This document shows positions 60,015-64,000 of a stretch of DNA of 64,000 bases, piece by piece (positions within the stretch are counted from its first letter, which is position 1; each line of letters starts with the position of its first letter). Origin of the DNA: Alphaproteobacteria bacterium (GTDB taxonomy: Bacteria; Pseudomonadota; Alphaproteobacteria; UBA2966); contig JABIFY010000092.1 of assembly GCA_018650465.1 (NCBI GenBank), positions 15,477 through 79,476 on the forward strand, read 5' to 3'. A model generated the notes under the pieces. The model saw nothing but the letters and a program-made list of their open reading frames with translations. It did no database searches and was not told where the DNA came from. Position numbers and translations under genes: made by a program.

Positions 60015-61172
60015 ATGTCTAAACTTGTCATCAAAAATATCGGCCTGGTGCTCAGTGGCGATCTGGATAATCCGGTGTTGGATGCGGACACTATCGCCAC
60101 AGAAGATGGCAAGATCACCGGCATTGGGGCTGAGAAAGACTTTGATCAGGAAGGGGCCACGGTCGTTGATGCCAAAGGCACGACTGTCACCCCCGGTCTG
60201 ATCGACAGCCATGTGCACCCGGTCGCGGGCGACTGGACCCCACGTCAAAGCCAGCTCAACTGGATCGATTCAAGCTTGCATGGTGGCGTCACCACCATGA
60301 TCTCGGCCGGCGAGGTGCACTATCCAGGACGGGCCAAGGATATCGTTGGCCTGAAAGCGCTGGCGATCACGGCGCAGCGAGCCTTTGATAATCTGCGCCC
60401 CTCGGGGGTCAAGGTGCATGCCGGTGCGCCGGTCATTGAACAGGGCATGGTCGAACAGGATTTCAAAGAGTTGGCCGAGGCTGGCGTAAAACTGCTGGGT
60501 GAAATTGGCCTGGGCAGCGTCAAGGCCGGGGCGGAGGCCAAACAGATGGTCACCTGGGCCCGAAAATATGGCATTCAAAGTACCATCCACACCGGTGGCC
60601 CTTCCATTCCAGGCTCTGGCCTGATCGACAAGGACGTGGTGCTGGAAGCTGATGCCGATATCATCGGCCACATCAATGGCGGGCACACGGCTTTGCCTGA
60701 CGACCAGATCACCTGTCTTTGTGAAAGCTGCGGTCGTGGCATCGAAATCGTGCATAACGGCAACGAGCGCTCCGCTCTGCTGGCCCTGAATTGCGCTCGT
60801 GAACTGAAGCAGATGGAACGCGTTATCCTTGGCACGGACGGCCCGGCTGGTTCCGGTGTACAGCCCTTGGGAATTTTGCGTATGGTGTCCATGTTGTCAG
60901 CCCTGGGCCAGGTGCCCGCAGAAATCGCCCTGTGTTTTGCCACCGGCAATACGGCCCGCATGCGTGATCTGAATTGCGGCATTATCGAAGTCGGACGTGA
61001 GGCCGATTTTGTGATTATGGACCGGGCCCAGCATTCTCCGGCGGAAACCATTCTGGAGAGTATCCAGCTTGGTGATCTGCCGGGCGTCGGCATGACCATT
61101 ATTGATGGTGTCATCCGCAGCGAACGCAGCCGCAATACCCCACCCGCCAACACCCTGCCCGAAGTAATCTAG
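60015..61172 (+). CDS. Amidohydrolase-superfamily protein, enamidase-like
   Basis: MSKLVIKNIGLVLSGD N-terminus. Metal-binding HVHPV. Size and layout are consistent with the single-domain amidohydrolase group that includes enamidase. Strong SD (GGGGGGAAAG) upstream. Confidence 0.55.
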   Translation: MSKLVIKNIGLVLSGDLDNPVLDADTIATEDGKITGIGAEKDFDQEGATVVDAKGTTVTPGLIDSHVHPVAGDWTPRQSQLNWIDSSLHGGVTTMISAGEVHYPGRAKDIVGLKALAITAQRAFDNLRPSGVKVHAGAPVIEQGMVEQDFKELAEAGVKLLGEIGLGSVKAGAEAKQMVTWARKYGIQSTIHTGGPSIPGSGLIDKDVVLEADADIIGHINGGHTALPDDQITCLCESCGRGIEIVHNGNERSALLALNCARELKQMERVILGTDGPAGSGVQPLGILRMVSMLSALGQVPAEIALCFATGNTARMRDLNCGIIEVGREADFVIMDRAQHSPAETILESIQLGDLPGVGMTIIDGVIRSERSRNTPPANTLPEVI

Positions 61173-61285
61173 CTATCTGTTATTAAACAATAAATCAAAT
61201 ATCTGGCGACAAGGCTTGAACCGGACCCGTAATCAGGTTTGAATCGTTCAAAATCCCTTTCCTTCGAAACCCACAGGACCCCGTC

Positions 61286-62995
61286 ATGCGTAAACATTTG
61301 ACCCTCAATCTTGCCACCCGCGACGCCAGCAGCAAAACTGTTGAAGGCGAAGACCTGGCCCGTGCCGGGCGCTGGTTGATCGCCCGCACGTTGCTGGACG
61401 AAGGTGCGGCGACCGTTGATCCCCTGTCGCCAGGTAACCCGCTGATTTTTTCTGCCGGTCCGTTTGCAGGCACCAACTTCTCCAATGCCAACCGTTTGTC
61501 TGTAGGCTGCAAAAGCCCGCTGACCGGTGGCATCAAGGAAGCGAACTCTGGTGGTACATTCGCTTACGCCATGGGCCAGAACGAAATGTCCGGCATTACC
61601 TTCTGCGAGGCTTCGGACGATTGGGTTGTCATCCACATCAACAAAGAAGGCGATGTAACTTACGATGATGCCACGCCTTACATGGGCAAAAGCAACTTCG
61701 AAGCCGCCGATATGCTGATCGAAAAATACGGCAAGAAAATCTCCTATGCCCTGTGCGGTCCCGTCGGCGAATACCAGGGCCTGATGTCGGCCATCGCTTT
61801 CCCCGATCCTGAAGGTGGCCCAACCCGCTTTGCCGCCCGTGGTGGCGTGGGCGCCGTGATGGGCAGCAAAAAGGTCAAGGCTGTGATCATCGAACAGATC
61901 AAGATGCCAACCTTTGTGGACCGTAAAAAGGTCATGAGCCACGTCAAGGACTATGGTGCCAAACTGGGCGAGGAAGCCGCTATTCAAACTTTTGCTGATT
62001 ACGGCACCGCCATTGTGGCCGACCTCACCAACAAGATCGGCGGGCTGCCGGTGAACAATTTCAGCAAGGGCCAGCAGGTCAACTCCAAGGAACAAACCTT
62101 CGAGATGGGCGGCACCTTTATTCACGACCTGAACAAATCCCGTGGCGGCGAAACGACCCACGCCTGCATGCCGGGCTGCTTGATCCGTTGCAGCAATAAC
62201 TTTCATGGTGAAGACGGCGAATCCATTACCGCCCCGCTGGAATATGAAACCATCGGCTTGATGGGTACCAACTGTGGTCTGACCCACCCCGACCAGGTGG
62301 CGCGGGTCAACCAGGTGGCCAATGATTTGGGCATCGATACCATCGAAATCGGTTGCACCATCGGCGTACTGATGGAAGCAGGCGAGGGCGAATTTGGTGA
62401 CGAAGCCTTTATGATGCAGGTGCTGGAAGATATCCGCGCTGGCAATGAAAAGGGCAAACTATATGCGCAAGGCACCCAGCGGGTCGGCGAACATTTTAAC
62501 GTCAAACGCATTCCCGCCATCAAGAAACAAGGCATCAGTGCCTATGACCCGCGTGTGATCGAGGTCACAGGTATGAGCATGATGTTAACCGCCCAGGGCG
62601 CGGATCATACGGCCGGAAACATGCCGGGCTATCCTTGCAAAGACAAGACCACCGAAGACCTGATGGCCGTCAGCATGGACAGCCAAATGAACTGCGCCGC
62701 CGCCGACAGCCTCGGCCTGTGCATCTTTGGTCGCTCGGTGACCGAAACCAATTCCCAGCTGATCGTCGATGCCATCAACGCCGCCTTTGGCACCAGCCTG
62801 GAGCCATCCTTCGTGCCGAAACTGGGCACTGCCGCCCTGAAACTGGAAGACGAGTTCAACCGCGCCGCTGGCTTCACCGCAGCCGACGACGAACTGCCTG
62901 ACTTCTTCAACACCGAAGCGCTTGCCCCCACCGGCAAAACCAACCGCCACCAGGTGGGCGACCTGCATACCTTCCGCGAAAACTGGTGGAATTAA
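61286..62995 (+). CDS. Aldehyde:ferredoxin oxidoreductase (AOR) family tungsto/molybdo-pterin enzyme
   Basis: AOR N-terminal domain (LIFSAGPFAGT, SVGCKSPLTGG, RGGVGAVMGSKKVKAVII). 4Fe-4S and pterin region (HACMPGCLIRCSN, LEYETIGLMGTNCGL). Confidence 0.75.
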   Translation: MRKHLTLNLATRDASSKTVEGEDLARAGRWLIARTLLDEGAATVDPLSPGNPLIFSAGPFAGTNFSNANRLSVGCKSPLTGGIKEANSGGTFAYAMGQNEMSGITFCEASDDWVVIHINKEGDVTYDDATPYMGKSNFEAADMLIEKYGKKISYALCGPVGEYQGLMSAIAFPDPEGGPTRFAARGGVGAVMGSKKVKAVIIEQIKMPTFVDRKKVMSHVKDYGAKLGEEAAIQTFADYGTAIVADLTNKIGGLPVNNFSKGQQVNSKEQTFEMGGTFIHDLNKSRGGETTHACMPGCLIRCSNNFHGEDGESITAPLEYETIGLMGTNCGLTHPDQVARVNQVANDLGIDTIEIGCTIGVLMEAGEGEFGDEAFMMQVLEDIRAGNEKGKLYAQGTQRVGEHFNVKRIPAIKKQGISAYDPRVIEVTGMSMMLTAQGADHTAGNMPGYPCKDKTTEDLMAVSMDSQMNCAAADSLGLCIFGRSVTETNSQLIVDAINAAFGTSLEPSFVPKLGTAALKLEDEFNRAAGFTAADDELPDFFNTEALAPTGKTNRHQVGDLHTFRENWWN

Positions 62996-63030
62996 GGCTG
63001 CGAACACGGCACGCGAACAAGGCACGCAAT

Positions 63031-63069
63031 TTAGATATCCGAATTAGATATCCGAATTAGATATCCAAA
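63031..63069. repeat. 13-bp tandem repeat x3 (TTAGATATCCGAA; third copy TTAGATATCCAAA)
   Basis: Seen directly. Each unit carries a GATATC palindrome. Lies between the convergent AOR and histidine-kinase genes. Confidence 0.9.
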
Positions 63070-63073
63070 CTAC

Positions 63074-63113
63074 GGGGGCATGACCTGATTTTCTTCAAAT
63101 CAGGATCGTGCCC
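63074..63113. terminator. Candidate terminator hairpin
   Basis: GGGGCA-tga-CCTGATTT (loop tcttc) AAATCAGG-atcg-TGCCCC, an imperfect stem followed by ttaatt. Confidence 0.4.
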
Positions 63114-63197
63114 CTTAATTCGCCACACCGTACGATCAGACCTGGCCGATCAGACCGGGCCACAATTGTTATTTTGGGTTAATCTTGTCTTTGCGTC

Positions 63198-64000
63198 TTA
63201 TCCCCGCGTTTGGGGTAAATAAAGGCTGATGGTGGTTCCTTTTCCGACTTCGCTGTCGACCGTAATGTGGCCCATGGATTGTTTTATGAAGCCGTAGACC
63301 ATACTGAGGCCAAGGCCGGTGCCGACGCCGGATATTTTGGTCGTGAAAAAGGGTTCGAACACTTTTTCAAGAACATCGGGGGGCATGCCTGTGCCTGTGT
63401 CGATCACTTTGACTTCAACATAGTCACCAGGCACCACCTCATCATTTTCTGCGGCGAAGACTTGATCAAGGATAACATTGGCCGTTTTGATGGTCAGGGT
63501 GCCGCCGTGGGGCATAGCGTCACGCGCGTTGATAGACAGGTTGAGCAAGGCGTCTTCAAATTGGTGCGGGTCGATTTCTGCCTGGGCCAATTCCTCGCCG
63601 CACATGGTTGAAAGCGAAATTGTTTCTCCCAGGGTTCGTTGCAGCATTTCTTCAAAGCCCTGAACCATTTCATTGATGTCTGTCGCCTGAGGTGACAGGG
63701 TTTTCTTCCGGGAAAATACCAGTAAACGGCTGGTCAGGGACGAGCCTCGATCAACGGCATTGATGATCGCATTTATGCTAAATAACGCATCCTTGTCCTC
63801 ACCCACCTTGTCCGACAACATTTCGGCATTGCCGACCATGACACTCAGCAGATTGTTGAAGTCGTGGGCAATTCCCCCGGTGAGTTGTCCAACAGCTTCC
63901 ATCTTCTGGGCATGGCGAAGTTGCTCTTCCAGCAAGTTGGACCTGGTCAGATCTGTGGCGATAGTGCCAATCCCCTTGATCTCTCCATCGTCGCCATAGA
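63198..64000 (-). CDS. Sensor histidine kinase (HisKA + HATPase), N-terminus beyond window
   Basis: H-box [21 protein letters not shown] is nearly identical to the kinase at 43182. HATPase N, G1 and G2 boxes present. The reading frame is open to nt 64000 (…[27 protein letters not shown]). Confidence 0.8.
   Translation of the reverse strand, partial: YGDDGEIKGIGTIATDLTRSNLLEEQLRHAQKMEAVGQLTGGIAHDFNNLLSVMVGNAEMLSDKVGEDKDALFSINAIINAVDRGSSLTSRLLVFSRKKTLSPQATDINEMVQGFEEMLQRTLGETISLSTMCGEELAQAEIDPHQFEDALLNLSINARDAMPHGGTLTIKTANVILDQVFAAENDEVVPGDYVEVKVIDTGTGMPPDVLEKVFEPFFTTKISGVGTGLGLSMVYGFIKQSMGHITVDSEVGKGTTISLYLPQTRG

Noticed and set aside
61169-62287. 372-aa minus-strand ORF
   Set aside because: It is antisense to the AOR-family gene, which has strong family landmarks. 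No motifs are present.
1-64000. Mobile elements, CRISPR arrays, tRNA/rRNA genes and defence systems (RM, TA, Abi)
   Set aside because: I scanned for integrase/transposase motifs, repeat-spacer periodicity, tRNA T-arm consensus (GGTTCGAnTCC) and nuclease/methylase signatures. None were found, and the only repeats are the short tandem arrays reported above.

Overview
This is a densely coded chromosomal segment that looks alphaproteobacterial (about 52% GC, many 1-4 nt gene overlaps, TTG/GTG starts). I see no rRNA, tRNA, CRISPR, integrase or transposase. Read 5' to 3', the window contains six recognisable modules.

- A c-di-GMP signalling neighbourhood (1-8623) with three catalytically intact EAL phosphodiesterases carrying different inputs (REC, cNMP-binding, stand-alone) plus hemerythrin-like genes. 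This stretch also carries housekeeping genes (amn, ybaN, ispB, a tRNA N6-adenine methyltransferase and an S49 peptidase).
- A long minus-strand fatty-acid beta-oxidation operon (11984-21560): two acyl-CoA dehydrogenases, an MFE-2-type dehydrogenase, thiolase, hydratase, TesB, a CoA ligase and a ThDP enzyme.
- An operon of a small protein, a His-rich polytopic membrane protein and a hemerythrin (26033-28124).
- An orphan fliM with an acidic tandem-repeat N-terminal extension, abutting a truncated aldehyde dehydrogenase remnant. The remnant heads a mosaic aromatic meta-cleavage cluster (31298-36360).
- A tightly coupled operon of thioesterase, LigB-type dioxygenase, IorA/IorB and amidase (36642-42968), not a described pathway, followed by a hybrid histidine kinase (43182-45971).
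- The most interesting region, a putative N-heterocycle (nicotinate-like) catabolic island (49953-62995). It encodes a xanthine-dehydrogenase-family Mo hydroxylase, a Cys-rich 6-hydroxynicotinate-reductase-like protein, an enamidase-like amidohydrolase, two tandem paralogous small proteins, a VanA-type Rieske oxygenase, MarR, a glutathione-dependent formaldehyde dehydrogenase and an aldehyde:ferredoxin oxidoreductase (AOR)-family enzyme.

Small tandem repeats, palindromic operator-like sites, a sigma-54-like element and rho-independent terminator hairpins are also recorded. All calls rest on motif recognition by eye. No searches were run.
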